Positions 27,154 to 41,030 are shown, counted from the first letter of the stretch. The stretch is DNA of 64,000 nucleotides from Gammaproteobacteria bacterium (GCA_965221455.1 OZ244890.1:2238507-2302506), one strand, 5' to 3'. Numbers and translations are program-made. Notes: generated by a model from the letters alone, not told the origin.

Positions 27154-30100
27154 ATGACGGCAGTCATGGCCGCCGTTGCCCTGCTGGCGGTATTGGCAAG
27201 CCCGGCGGCACGGGCGCAATCCGATGACTGGGGCGAATGGAGTACGGCGAATATCACCGACAAGAACCAGACACGCACCTGTAATGCCGGGACGGGCAAC
27301 ACGTGTATGAATGCCTACGGGGGCGGCACCACCAACCACGGCGGCACCGAGACCCGTCCGAGTCTGACCTTTTGGAATAACTATCTCCTCAACGGCCCGG
27401 CTGGGCATACCAATGCGACGGAAAGAAGAGGCGGGGTTGACGTCACAGGCGTAACCATCTCCCGCAACAACAGCGATGGTCGACTACAAGTCCAGAGTGT
27501 TATTTCTGGGAGCGGCTCCATTGACCCCCCATCTCTATTCATCACAACCGGGCAGGCGACCCCGAGCACCGGCACACTCTTACGGTTCGGCGAACAAAGT
27601 ATTATAGACCTGAAGTCCGGACTGTCCCGTCCGAACCTCACATGGGTGCCTATCTCGGGGGATGGCAGGGTGATTTACCGTCCGTCCGTCGGCACCGAGA
27701 TGGTCTTATTGGAGACTTTATGTACCGCCAGCGGTGATTTAAGGGTGCGCTCGGGGCAAACCAGCGACACCGAACAAACCGTACAAGCCAACTCGTTGCT
27801 GTGCAATATCGGGGCGAGTGCCTCGGCAATCACCAGGCAAGCCATCGGTGAACTGAGTGCCACCGATAACTATATTTATACTAATAACTGGGGCGACTGG
27901 AGTGCGGGCAATATCAACGACAAGAACCAGACGCGCACCTGTAATGCCGGGACGGGCAACACGTGTGTCAATTTCTACACTAGAGGCACCACCAACCACG
28001 GGGGCGCCGAGGCCCGTCCGAGTGAGACCTTTTGGGAGAACTATCTCCTCAACGGCCCGGCCGGGTATACCAATGCGACGGAGGCAAACGGTGTAGACAT
28101 CACAAGCATGACATTCGCCCGCAACAACGACGATGGTCGGCTGGGATTAAGGGCGATCGGAGTCTCCGGCATCTCAAACTATTTACCTATTGAATACATC
28201 ACTACCGAGCAGGTGACCCCAAGTACCGGAATACTGTTCACGGTAACAGGCGCTGGCTTGAATATAACCCTCAAGTCCGGCCTGACCCGTCCGAACCCCT
28301 CATGGACCGCTATCCCGGGGCCGGGCGTCTTGTTTTACCGACCGTCCGCCAACAACGCGGTGGTCTTGGTGGACACTTCATGTACCGCCACCGGTGATTT
28401 AAGGGTCCGCTCGGGGACCACGTCCGGCACCGAACGCACCGTACAAGCCAACTCGCTGCTGTGCAATACCGGAGCGAGTGCCGCAGCCATCACCAGGCAA
28501 GCCATCGGTGAACTGAGTGCCGCCGACAACTATATTTATTCCGCAGATGGCTGGGACGACTGGAGTGCGGCCAATATCACCGACAAGAACCAGACACGCA
28601 CCTGTAATGCCGGGACGGGCAACACTTGTCCCAATGCCTACGGCAGCACCACCACCAACCACGGCGGCACCGAGACCCGTCCGAGTGAGACCTTCTGGCG
28701 CAACTATCTCGTCAACGGCCCGGCCGGGCATACCAATGCGACAAACTACGGTAGTGATGACATCACAAGCGTGGTACTCACCCGCAATAACAGCGATGGT
28801 CGGCTGCAATTAACGGGCATTGATACCACTGGCGGCACAGTCACGCTTACAACCCCTCGATTCATCACAACTGGGCGAGAGACCCCGAATAGCGGAACAC
28901 TGTTCGTGACAGGCCCTACCAATATAGTCCTGAAGTCCAACCTGTCCCGTCCGAACCTCTCATGGACCGCTATCCCGGGATCGGGAATCGTGTTTTACCG
29001 ACCATCCGGCAGCAACAGGGTGCGCTTATTGGACAGTTCATGTACCGCCAGCGGTGATTTAAGAGTGCGCTCGGGGACCACGACCAACACCGAACAAACC
29101 GCACAAGCCAACTCGCCGCTGTGCAATATCGGAGCGAGTGTCGCAGCCATCACCAGGCAAGTCATCGGTGAACTGAGTGCCACCGACAACTATATTTATG
29201 CGGTGCCCGCGACATTAGGTGCCATCCAGGACAGTACCCCCAACACCCCGGCCAGGGTCGATGATATCTTGACCGCCGGTGCGCTGAGCCATCCCACGTT
29301 GACCGTCAATATCAACGCCCATCAATGGCAACGCTGTACCACTCAAGACTGTAGCAACGCAACAGATATCAGCCAGAATGGCACAGCAGCGACCTACGCG
29401 GTGCAAGCGGCGGACCATGCTCACTGGCTGCGGGTGCGTGTCACTCAGGGCGGGGATTTCAACGACACCCTGTTCTCCAATAGCGTACAGGTTGACCGTG
29501 GCGGTGTGCTCGGTCCCATCACCGGCAATGCCAGAGCAGGCGGCACGCTGACGGCGGGCGCGGTCACCGACGCGGACGCCTCACCGAATACCGATGTCGG
29601 TACCATTACCTGGCAATGGCAGACAGCGACCGTCTCGGCGGGTCCGTTTACCGCCGCACCGGGGACGAATAATACCGCCACGTACACGATTGCATCAGAC
29701 CAATCACAGATAGGCACGTGGTTGCGCGTGATGGCGAGTTATCCGAATGCGGGAGGCGATAGCCTGACGTCCGACCCGGTAGTGGTTGCGGGTGTGCGGG
29801 TGTCGCCGACCGCGCTGAATGTCACCGAAGGGGGTGACAGCACCAGCTATACCCTGATGCTGGGCAGCCGACCGACAGGGCCGGTAACGCTGACCGTGAC
29901 CAATCCCGATGCCACTGCGGTGACCCTCAGTGCCACCTCACTGACGTTTACCACAGACAACTGGAACAGTGCCCGGACGGTGACGGTGAGTAGTGTTGAG
30001 GATACGGATACAGACCACGAGACCGTGCAACTCACGCATACGGCGACAAGTACGGACCCTGGCTACAATGGGGCTGCTGTGACGATAGACTCCGTGGCTG

Positions 30101-30789
30101 TGACCTTGAATGATAACGACGGCCCGGGCGTGTCCGTGAGTTCCACGACGCTGACAGTCCATGAGCGTGGTGGGACTGGCATGTATACGCTGCGCCTGAA
30201 TACCCCACCGACGGAAGCAGTGACGATTAGCGTGACCCATTCCAATGCCGCTGCTGCGACGGTGAGTCCCACCTCACTGATGTTTAGCGCCACCGACTGG
30301 AATACCGCCAAAACCATCACCGTGACGGGAGTGGAAGACGCTGATACAGACGACGAGACCGTGCAACTCACGCATACGGTGACCAGTACCGACACCACCT
30401 ATCGTACCGTCACGGCGGCCACCGTAACCGTGACGGTGACGGAGATGGCGGCGGTGAGTCTTGATGTGGATGGCAGCGGTGGTGATCCCAACCAGAGTGA
30501 CGGACTCTTGCTGGGCCGCTACCTGTTTGGTATTCGTGATGCGGCGGGCTTGCTTGATACCATTCCGGGGAGTCCCTCGGCCAGTGCGGTCACGGCGAAT
30601 ATTGCGGGAGCTTTCGCCAGCGGTCGTCTTGATGTGGATGGCAGCGGCGGCGATCCCAACCAGAGTGACGGACTCTTGCTGGGCCGCTATCTGTTTGGTA
30701 TTCGTGATGAGGTGGGCCTGCTTGATACCATTCCGGGCAATCCCTCGTTCAATGCGGTAAGGACGAATATCGAGGCACTTTTGCGGTAG
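27154..30789 (+). CDS. Large secreted repeat protein (adhesin-like): 3 x ~220-aa Cys-containing modules, Ig-like region, 2 Calx-beta-like domains, 2 dockerin/EF-hand-like Ca-binding repeats
   Basis: 1211 aa. Sec signal MTAVMAAVALLAVLASPAARA/Q. Three modules start with W-G-[ED]-W-S...DKNQTRTCNAGTGNTC. LTFTTDNWNSARTVTVSSVEDTDTDHETVQLTH type domains occur twice. C-terminal LDVDGSGGDPNQSDGLLLGRYLFGIRD occurs twice. GC content is far above the flanks. Confidence 0.85.
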   Translation: MTAVMAAVALLAVLASPAARAQSDDWGEWSTANITDKNQTRTCNAGTGNTCMNAYGGGTTNHGGTETRPSLTFWNNYLLNGPAGHTNATERRGGVDVTGVTISRNNSDGRLQVQSVISGSGSIDPPSLFITTGQATPSTGTLLRFGEQSIIDLKSGLSRPNLTWVPISGDGRVIYRPSVGTEMVLLETLCTASGDLRVRSGQTSDTEQTVQANSLLCNIGASASAITRQAIGELSATDNYIYTNNWGDWSAGNINDKNQTRTCNAGTGNTCVNFYTRGTTNHGGAEARPSETFWENYLLNGPAGYTNATEANGVDITSMTFARNNDDGRLGLRAIGVSGISNYLPIEYITTEQVTPSTGILFTVTGAGLNITLKSGLTRPNPSWTAIPGPGVLFYRPSANNAVVLVDTSCTATGDLRVRSGTTSGTERTVQANSLLCNTGASAAAITRQAIGELSAADNYIYSADGWDDWSAANITDKNQTRTCNAGTGNTCPNAYGSTTTNHGGTETRPSETFWRNYLVNGPAGHTNATNYGSDDITSVVLTRNNSDGRLQLTGIDTTGGTVTLTTPRFITTGRETPNSGTLFVTGPTNIVLKSNLSRPNLSWTAIPGSGIVFYRPSGSNRVRLLDSSCTASGDLRVRSGTTTNTEQTAQANSPLCNIGASVAAITRQVIGELSATDNYIYAVPATLGAIQDSTPNTPARVDDILTAGALSHPTLTVNINAHQWQRCTTQDCSNATDISQNGTAATYAVQAADHAHWLRVRVTQGGDFNDTLFSNSVQVDRGGVLGPITGNARAGGTLTAGAVTDADASPNTDVGTITWQWQTATVSAGPFTAAPGTNNTATYTIASDQSQIGTWLRVMASYPNAGGDSLTSDPVVVAGVRVSPTALNVTEGGDSTSYTLMLGSRPTGPVTLTVTNPDATAVTLSATSLTFTTDNWNSARTVTVSSVEDTDTDHETVQLTHTATSTDPGYNGAAVTIDSVAVTLNDNDGPGVSVSSTTLTVHERGGTGMYTLRLNTPPTEAVTISVTHSNAAAATVSPTSLMFSATDWNTAKTITVTGVEDADTDDETVQLTHTVTSTDTTYRTVTAATVTVTVTEMAAVSLDVDGSGGDPNQSDGLLLGRYLFGIRDAAGLLDTIPGSPSASAVTANIAGAFASGRLDVDGSGGDPNQSDGLLLGRYLFGIRDEVGLLDTIPGNPSFNAVRTNIEALLR
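27223..29199 (+). repeat. Three tandem ~660-bp intragenic repeats
   Basis: Units start at 27223, 27883 and 28543. Long identical nucleotide runs such as GACAAGAACCAGAC(A/G)CGCACCTGTAATGCCGGGACGGGCAACAC appear in each. Confidence 0.9.
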
Positions 30790-30840
30790 TGGCTGCATGG
30801 ACAGCATAGACAGGCAGGTCACTGCACAGGCTTTTCTTGC

Positions 30841-31206
30841 CACTTGTGCATGGCTAAACTCGGGAAAGCTGAGGCACAGGCACTAACAACCCCCTCCCCC
30901 CTGCGGGGTACTCCCCCTTGGCAGGGGGAGAGCTTTTAGGGCGGGAAATGCTTTTACTGTCACTCAACTTTGTCGGCTAACTCACTATGTAGTGGTCTAA
31001 TAAATCCGTACCAGGTGATAGGTGATGAAATCACATACTCATGGAGGTACGGCTCATGACAAAAGAACGAAAACACTTTACACCTGAGTTTAAACAAGAT
31101 GCTGCCTTGTCTGGTAGTAGACCAGGACTACAGCATCAAAGAAGCCTGTCCAGTTGAGCAATTAAGCACGCACTATCGTCAAAGTGACGGCGATGATTGT
31201 CAGTAG
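30841..31206 (+). pseudogene. IS3-family left end with frameshifted orfA
   Basis: Repeat block with G/C palindrome, TTTTACTGTCACT, TGTAGTGGTC (30988-30997), then ATG 31056 MTKERKHFTPEFKQDAA. A frameshift precedes LVVDQDYSIKEAC, with an early stop at 31204-31206. Confidence 0.7.
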
Positions 31207-31625
31207 CCAGCAGGGCTTATCGCAACAGTCACCTCGTCATTCCTGCGGAAGCAGGAATCCAGGTGCTGATTGCAACTCGTCTGAATTGCTTCGCTAAAGC
31301 TCTCCCCCTGCCAAGGGGGAGGGGGTTGCAGGGGGGAGGGAATGACGACTTACAACATCACCACAAACAATACAGACATTACCGCAACCAGCTTCCAGCA
31401 TTCCATGTGACCGCCTGAAAGCATCAACCCCTGCCGTCATTGCGAGCAAAGCGAAGCAATCCAGTAAACTTTAAAGATAAGTCAGGATACCTTGAAATAT
31501 TTGAAGATATGCAAAATGCCATTGCCAGAGAAAAATAAATTAAAGCTGACTCCCGCAAAAAGAAACCTGCCCTGATTGAAAAACACAATCCGGAATGGAA
31601 CGATTTATATGAAGATATTGTTTAA

Positions 31626-32105
<480 letters not shown>

Positions 32106-32515
32106 AAACAACCTATCGACTGGTACGGAAATACCTGACCACTTTACCAGGGGGGAGTACCCCGCAGGGGGAGGGGGTTGCAGGGGGGAGGGAATGACGA
32201 CTTACAACATCACCACAAACAATACAGACATTACCGCAACCAGCTTCCAGCATTCCATGTGACCGCCTGAAAGCATCAACCCCTGCCGTCATTGCGAGCA
32301 AAGCGAAGCAATCCAGTAAACTTTAAAGATAAGTCAGGATACCTTGAAATATTTGAAGATATGCAAAATGCCATTGCCAGAGAAAAATAAATTAAAGCTG
32401 ACTCCCGCAAAAAGAAACCTGCCCTGATTGAAAAACACAATCCGGAATGGAACAATTTATATGAAGATATTGTTTAATCTGGATTGCTTCGCTTTGCTCG
32501 CAATGACGGTGCTGA

Positions 32516-32956
<441 letters not shown>

Positions 32957-33269
32957 AAACAACCTATCGACTGGTACGGAAATACCGGACCACTTTAGGG
33001 TGGTTGTTTTTCAAGCTCCGCGCTTCCTGCACCACTACCCCGTCATTCCCGCGCAAGCGGGAATCTATAAGACGCAAAAAAAATACACAACTTCTGCGAG
33101 GACATATTTTTCGCGGGAATGACGATGTTCAGTCATTTTATTAAGCGGCTTTTCTTTCCACCCATGTGCACTACTAAACTCAGGAAAGCGTTAGGCAGGC
33201 ACCAGGCCTTCGTTTTTCTGGATCCCCGCTTTCGCGGGAATGACGATTTTACTGTCACTCAATGCAGGT

Positions 33270-33383
33270 GAGGAATGGCGACAATTTTACAATGCTAAAC
33301 GACCACACAGTGCCCTGGAATATCAAACCCGGAACAAACCCCGAATACGATGCGGGAGCGACATCAGGATAATCATTTTATGA
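33270..33383 (+). pseudogene. C-terminal fragment of another rve-type transposase
   Basis: EEWRQFYNAKRPHSALEYQT is the conserved tail of IS3/IS481-type integrases. It is preceded by TTTTACTGTCACTCAATGCAGGT and has no upstream ORF. Confidence 0.6.
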
Positions 33384-33483
33384 GATCACAACCCGGTGAG
33401 TGGTTCAGGTTTTTGGGGACAGGTCATAGTCATTACCCGCTACCTGTTATATGCTCACAGCATGTATGAAAATCCTGTTTTAG

Positions 33484-35406
<1,923 letters not shown>

Positions 35407-35494
35407 TATCCTGAGCATTGAGTACTCTTGTGATAGCGGGTTTGTGTCACATTAGTCACGATTAAGACTTAAAGAATAAAAATTATCCAGCACC

Positions 35495-37738
35495 ATGAAT
35501 TTTAATTTTGTACAAGATGAACAAAGATCCTTACAGGATTTTACTGAACAGGCGTATCTGGATTACTCCATGTATGTCATTCTTGACCGGGCATTACCGC
35601 ATATCGGCGATGGTCTGAAACCTGTTCAAAGGCGTATCATTTATGCCATGTCGGAACTCGGCTTAAAGTCTGCCTCGAAATATAAGAAATCAGCAAGGAC
35701 GGTGGGTGATGTATTGGGTAAATTTCATCCTCATGGTGATTCCGCGTGCTATGACGCCATGGTGTTAATGGCTCAGCCGTTTAGTTATCGATACCCCTTG
35801 ATAGACGGGCAGGGTAATTGGGGTTCAATGGATGATCCTAAATCTTTCGCGGCGATGCGCTACACGGAATCAAGGCTTACGCCATATGCGGAAGTTCTTT
35901 TGAGTGAGTTGGGACAGGGTACGGTTGCATGGAAACCCAATTTTGACGGAACCATGAATGAACCGACGTTACTGCCTGCAAGATTACCCAATATTTTATT
36001 GAATGGTACGACCGGTATCGCTGTAGGCATGACGACGGATATCCCGCCGCATAATCTTGCCGAAGTCACGAGCGCATGTATACGTTTACTGAAATCGCCG
36101 AAAACCACAGTGGAGGAACTTTGCGAACATGTTAAAGGACCGGACTTTCCCACACATGCAGAGATCATCACTACACAAAAAGATATTCTGGAAATATATA
36201 AATCCGGGACTGGTTCAGTAAAGATGCGTGGTGTTTGGGAAAAAGAAGCGAATAATATTGTAATCACTGCGTTACCATATCAAAGTTCAGGCAGTAAAAT
36301 ACTCGAACAAATTGCCGCTCAGGTACAGGCGAAGAAATTACCTTTGCTTGATGATTTTCGTGATGAATCAGATCATGAAAATCCGACTCGTATTGTTCTT
36401 GTCCCTAAATCAAACAGAGTGAATAAAAATGATTTAATGTCTCATTTGTTTGCGACAACCGATCTTGAACGCAGCTATCGGGTCAATATGAATATCATCG
36501 GTATAGATGGTCGACCCAGAGTGATGGACCTTAAATCAATTTTGCAGGAATGGCTCTCATTTCGCACAGCTACCGTTGTCAAACGACTGGAATATCGTCT
36601 GGCAAAGATTCTTGCCGAGATTCATATTTTACAAGGCCTGATGGTTGCCTACTTAAATATTGATGAAGTGATTCAGATTATCAGGGAAGAAGACGATGCA
36701 AAGCCTGTTTTAATGAGCCGCTTTAGGCTGTCTGATATTCAGGCAGAGGCCATACTTGATCTTAAGTTAAGAAGATTGGCCAAACTTGAGGAAGTCAAAA
36801 TAAAAGGTGAATTGCATGAGCTTGAAAATGAAGGTCAAGACATACGACTTACGCTGGGTTCAAAAGCACGATTGAAAACATTGGTCAGCAAGGAACTTCA
36901 CGTTGACGGAAAAGCATTTGGCGGAAAAAGAAAATCTCCACTCGTTGAGCGGGAAGATGCCCAGGCAATTGATCAAACAAAATTAATTCCTGCAGAAACA
37001 GTCACCGTTATATTATCGAATAAAGGTTGGGTACGTGCAGCCAAAGGACAGGATATCGATCCATTCAGTCTGAATTATAAAGCCGAGGATGGCTTTAAAT
37101 CTTCGGCGACCGGTCGTAGTAACCAGGATGCCGTCTTTATTGATTCAACCGGACGATGTTACACCCTACCTGCACATTCATTGCCTTCTGCAAGAAGTTA
37201 TGGAGAACCGGTATCAAGCAAAGTGAATCTTCCTGACGGCGCCAGCTTTGAAAGTGTGATGATGGGGGATCCCGGGAGTACCTGGTTACTCGCATCAGAT
37301 GCAGGTTATGGTTTTGTTGCAAGTCTTCAAGATATGATGACCAAGAATAAAAATGGCAAGTCAGTCGTGAACTTGCCCAAAGAATCAAGAATATTGCCGC
37401 CGGTTCTTGTGAATAACCATGCAACGGATCTGATTGCCACTGTTTCCAGCGCTGGACGATTATTGATATTCCAGGTTAATGAATTACCTTTATTAGCCAG
37501 GGGGAAAGGGCTGAAGATCATTCAGATTTTACCGGCAAAGTTAAAAACACGTGAAGAGTACGTGGTGGCAATGACTGTCATGGCTGCTAACACAGTGTTG
37601 ACTGTCCAGGCAGGACGACAGTATCTAAATTTAAAGCCTGGAGATATAAAACATTATATGGGTGAGCGCGGGCATCGTGGTAGTATGCTGCCACGCGGGT
37701 TTCGTAATATTTCCGGAATGAGCGCAACAGAGACCTAG
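35495..37738 (+). CDS. parC: DNA topoisomerase IV subunit A
   Basis: 747 aa. [27 protein letters not shown] and [10 protein letters not shown] (catalytic Tyr). Confidence 0.92.
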   Translation: MNFNFVQDEQRSLQDFTEQAYLDYSMYVILDRALPHIGDGLKPVQRRIIYAMSELGLKSASKYKKSARTVGDVLGKFHPHGDSACYDAMVLMAQPFSYRYPLIDGQGNWGSMDDPKSFAAMRYTESRLTPYAEVLLSELGQGTVAWKPNFDGTMNEPTLLPARLPNILLNGTTGIAVGMTTDIPPHNLAEVTSACIRLLKSPKTTVEELCEHVKGPDFPTHAEIITTQKDILEIYKSGTGSVKMRGVWEKEANNIVITALPYQSSGSKILEQIAAQVQAKKLPLLDDFRDESDHENPTRIVLVPKSNRVNKNDLMSHLFATTDLERSYRVNMNIIGIDGRPRVMDLKSILQEWLSFRTATVVKRLEYRLAKILAEIHILQGLMVAYLNIDEVIQIIREEDDAKPVLMSRFRLSDIQAEAILDLKLRRLAKLEEVKIKGELHELENEGQDIRLTLGSKARLKTLVSKELHVDGKAFGGKRKSPLVEREDAQAIDQTKLIPAETVTVILSNKGWVRAAKGQDIDPFSLNYKAEDGFKSSATGRSNQDAVFIDSTGRCYTLPAHSLPSARSYGEPVSSKVNLPDGASFESVMMGDPGSTWLLASDAGYGFVASLQDMMTKNKNGKSVVNLPKESRILPPVLVNNHATDLIATVSSAGRLLIFQVNELPLLARGKGLKIIQILPAKLKTREEYVVAMTVMAANTVLTVQAGRQYLNLKPGDIKHYMGERGHRGSMLPRGFRNISGMSATET

Positions 37739-38157
37739 TCCCGAGAGACGCTCACCGGAACTTCTCAGGGTTTTCCGGATGTTTTCTTGCCTTAAATAAT
37801 GATTATCTTCAAAATGATTTGGCGGCATGTTATTTCAATGACCATGGTATCGCCGGATGATATTGTGAAACCCGAAGACAGTTGCAATCACCGGGGTGGC
37901 AGTCGGATCACTCGGCATGTCGTTTGAGATTATGGTTTTACCAATACATTGAATCGCTGTGAGTGCTTATCCGGAGTCGGATAAAAGTGTCGTCCTTGAT
38001 GCAATCATAGACCGTCAAATAAGTGGTTATTTTCGGATCCTTTTGTCTGTAAACAAGATAAAATAGCCTCGTGTTTTAATTTATTTTCAACCAGCTTCCT
38101 TGTTTTTACTATAATTTTGCCTGGTATTTGTACAGTTCCGCCGGAATCCAGTTTCAA

Positions 38158-39864
38158 TTACATAACAAGTTTATCTTCTGCAGAAATTTCTTCCTGAGGT
38201 GGATGGACCAGGTAACCTGACACGAAGTCCGCCCCACATTCGATCGCAGTTAAAAGATAACCTGCATTATCTATTTTATCTGCAATGGTAAGTGCTCCAA
38301 GTTCACTTGCACCATCTATCAACTGTTTTAATCTCTCGGTATCCACCGCCTTTTCTTTATCAGAATCGGATGTTTCATACATGGGGATTTTGACGAATTC
38401 AAAGGATATCTGATGCGTACATGTATTTAGGATAGAGAATTTACTGACATTGGTCAGGGCAAATGAAATGCCGTATTTATCCCGTAGCTGCATCATGATA
38501 TTCACAACATTGTCTTGATGGCTGATAAAATACTCGGAGCGGATTTCAAACATAATGGATGAAGCAATACCAGGTTCTTTAAAATGTGAGACAAGTTTGT
38601 CAATCCAGCCAATCAGACCTTTATCCAACAGGGTATCTTCTTCCAAAGCGACCAGAAATCCCAGTTTGCCTCTTCCTTCTTTCTTTATTTTTTGTAGTTT
38701 GTGGAGCACATGTCTGATGACCCAGTAGTCCATATCTTTTGTCAATTTATTTTGTTTCAGTACAGGAGAAAATTCATGATATCCGAGTAATTGACCGTTC
38801 AGATCAATGATTTTTGTACGTAACTGATAGATTTCGGTATCGAAATCCTCAGTGGCTTTTGATACGCTTATAATTGGCTGAAAGAAGGGCTGTACGCGAT
38901 TTTCTTTAATCGAATTCTGAATATGTAATACCAGCTTGTTATTTTCAACGTTTGTGCCTTGTGAATGTCCTCCAAAGACAACAAAAGAATTTTTTTCCTC
39001 GTTCATTGCCATTCGAACAGCGGCATCAGCACAGGCAATATTGGTTTTTGCCCCATGAGAATTATCCTTGATACGGGTGATTCCAATACTAATTTTGTAA
39101 TCAATTGATTTGTTTCCATATTCAAACTTTGATGATGCAACGTAGTTACAAATTTTTTCAGCAAATTTGACATAAAACTTATCATTTTCAGCTTCGACGA
39201 TGATGGCAGCGATAGTGTCATCATTGATCCTGATAATTTCGATATTTCCGGAGTTTATTGATGCTGTGAACTCGACAATCCCCTCCGCTAAATGAGTTGT
39301 TAATTTGTCAGCGGCAATTAAACCTATTGTATTATGAATCTCGTTGAATTTATCAATTGTCACTAATAGCAGGGCGCCATTCTCATGTGTATCATTAAGT
39401 CTTTGGTAGAGTTTAACTCGATTTACAAGTTTACTTTGTAATAGCTGCTCGTCGTCTTTGCTGTTCTCTCCAACATACTTATTCATTGCCCGGGTTATGG
39501 AACGCTGTAGTTTTGAAATTGTCAGGCTCTCTTTGCTGAGATAATCCTGTGCTCCATAGCGAAATGTACCGACTGCTATTTTTTCATGTCCGCAATCTGC
39601 GGTTATAATGGTCGCCGGAAATTCATCATCAGTCCTGCAAATTTTGAGCCAGTCCAACCCGTTACTTTTTTCTCCAACTTTAAAGTTCAGGAACAGAAGA
39701 TCAAATTTATGCCATGGGAAAGTACTGTCGGGACATCCTTTTTTGAGATCGTATACTTTAATTTCGGTATTGGGGTAATGCTCGGAGAAAAAGCGTACTA
39801 ATACACGCTGAAATTTCTTTGATTGATCAATAACCAGAACTTTATTGATATCATGGTCAGACAT
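38158..39864 (-). CDS. Receiver-GGDEF-EAL domain protein with all three signature motifs degenerate
   Basis: 568 aa. REC-like N-terminus, but the acceptor position reads DLLFLNF (Asn). GGDEF position reads RINDDTIAAII. EAL domain has QPFFQPII but EFS for EAL, TNVS for DDFG, KIP for K-x-D and SGY for QGY. Confidence 0.7.
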   Translation of the reverse strand: MSDHDINKVLVIDQSKKFQRVLVRFFSEHYPNTEIKVYDLKKGCPDSTFPWHKFDLLFLNFKVGEKSNGLDWLKICRTDDEFPATIITADCGHEKIAVGTFRYGAQDYLSKESLTISKLQRSITRAMNKYVGENSKDDEQLLQSKLVNRVKLYQRLNDTHENGALLLVTIDKFNEIHNTIGLIAADKLTTHLAEGIVEFTASINSGNIEIIRINDDTIAAIIVEAENDKFYVKFAEKICNYVASSKFEYGNKSIDYKISIGITRIKDNSHGAKTNIACADAAVRMAMNEEKNSFVVFGGHSQGTNVENNKLVLHIQNSIKENRVQPFFQPIISVSKATEDFDTEIYQLRTKIIDLNGQLLGYHEFSPVLKQNKLTKDMDYWVIRHVLHKLQKIKKEGRGKLGFLVALEEDTLLDKGLIGWIDKLVSHFKEPGIASSIMFEIRSEYFISHQDNVVNIMMQLRDKYGISFALTNVSKFSILNTCTHQISFEFVKIPMYETSDSDKEKAVDTERLKQLIDGASELGALTIADKIDNAGYLLTAIECGADFVSGYLVHPPQEEISAEDKLVM

Positions 39865-40082
39865 ACCTCTTCCAAATCCCCCAAACTGATTTACAGAAAT
39901 ACAAACATTACCTGATTAACAGGTCGATCAAACATAACGTTATGCATATGCCTCGGCAGCCTATCAATGAATTTCATGATGTTTGAAATATAAAATAATC
40001 ACAAGAAATCATGTATCAGGAATGATATTATAGAATAAAAAGCAACACTCCGATAACATGCGGACATCATCTTTAAGTTAAA

Positions 40083-40895
40083 ATGATTCACATGGAAAAA
40101 ACACTGTATAAAATTAAATTTATCGGTCTTACGGAACATGAGAAAAAAGTCTTAAATGCTATTTTTATGTTGTCCAGGACACGATCAATAGTGTTTAGTT
40201 TGTACGAGGATACCGAAAACAGCAAACCTGAAATAATGATCGTTAACTTTGATGATTCCGAGGCAGTCGATGAATGGCAAAATCTGTGTATTCAGGATAC
40301 AGGCCATTCATCGATTCCTGTCATTAGGGTTACTCAGGCAAGGGGTGGAGATATTGGAAATTACTATGCACGCCGACCATTTATAGCGACAAGAATGCTA
40401 TCGTTATTCGAAGGCATTGTTGTCAAGGAATTTAGTGCTTACGATAATGGTACGTTTCAGGATGATAGTCTGCCTAATTCAGACTCGGCTGGCAAGAGTC
40501 CGGATGGATCAGGAAGATCAGATGGTAAAAGTCTAAAGTCAGTATTGGTTATTGACGATAGCTTACCGGTAAGGATGCAGATGAATATGGCATTGCAAAG
40601 TTACGTGGATAAAATTGATATGGCTGAAACAGGTGAAAAAGCCCTGGAATTAATTAGGGAAAATTGTTACGACCTGATTTTCCTCGACGTCGTTTTGCCA
40701 GGCATGGATGGTTGCGAGATATGCAAGATGATCAAAAATGATGAAAATTCCAGGGCGACACCGGTGATTATGCTAACAGGCAATTCATTGACAACTGATC
40801 AGGTTAAAGAAGCATTTGCCGAGTGTGATTCTTATTTAATCAAGCCTGTAAGAAGTGATTTATTCGAGGAAACAATGAATCGTTATATTTCGTAG
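40083..40895 (+). CDS. Response regulator with C-terminal receiver domain and unknown N-terminal domain
   Basis: 270 aa. VLVIDDSLPVRMQM...YDLIFLDVVLPGMDG...PVIMLTG...IKP is a canonical REC. Confidence 0.8.
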   Translation: MIHMEKTLYKIKFIGLTEHEKKVLNAIFMLSRTRSIVFSLYEDTENSKPEIMIVNFDDSEAVDEWQNLCIQDTGHSSIPVIRVTQARGGDIGNYYARRPFIATRMLSLFEGIVVKEFSAYDNGTFQDDSLPNSDSAGKSPDGSGRSDGKSLKSVLVIDDSLPVRMQMNMALQSYVDKIDMAETGEKALELIRENCYDLIFLDVVLPGMDGCEICKMIKNDENSRATPVIMLTGNSLTTDQVKEAFAECDSYLIKPVRSDLFEETMNRYIS

Positions 40896-41030
40896 ATTAA
40901 CTTCACGAAGAGTTCCAGGCCGGTTTCATTTCTAAAAGCCTTACGAAAGTTTGATAATGAGGTATAACACTGTTTTTACTGAATGTATTATGAATTTGTG
41001 CATTTAGTTTATTATCAATTTTTCATTATT

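Noticed and set aside
26594-27302. Six overlapping ORFs (for example 161-aa and 216-aa CGAAVLRC repeats, 110-aa APQHRSTA repeats) spanning the octanucleotide tract
   Set aside because: They are the automatic consequence of an 8-bp repeat being stop-free in all frames. They overlap one another and show no independent coding signal. Only the short IS-derived upstream frame is discussed, as a possible regulatory uORF.
27136-30843. Many 60-190-aa ORFs on both strands inside the 1211-aa gene (for example 28399..28809, 30274..30843)
   Set aside because: These are shadow ORFs typical of GC-rich DNA. All are nested in or antisense to a long ORF with a signal peptide and recognisable domains.
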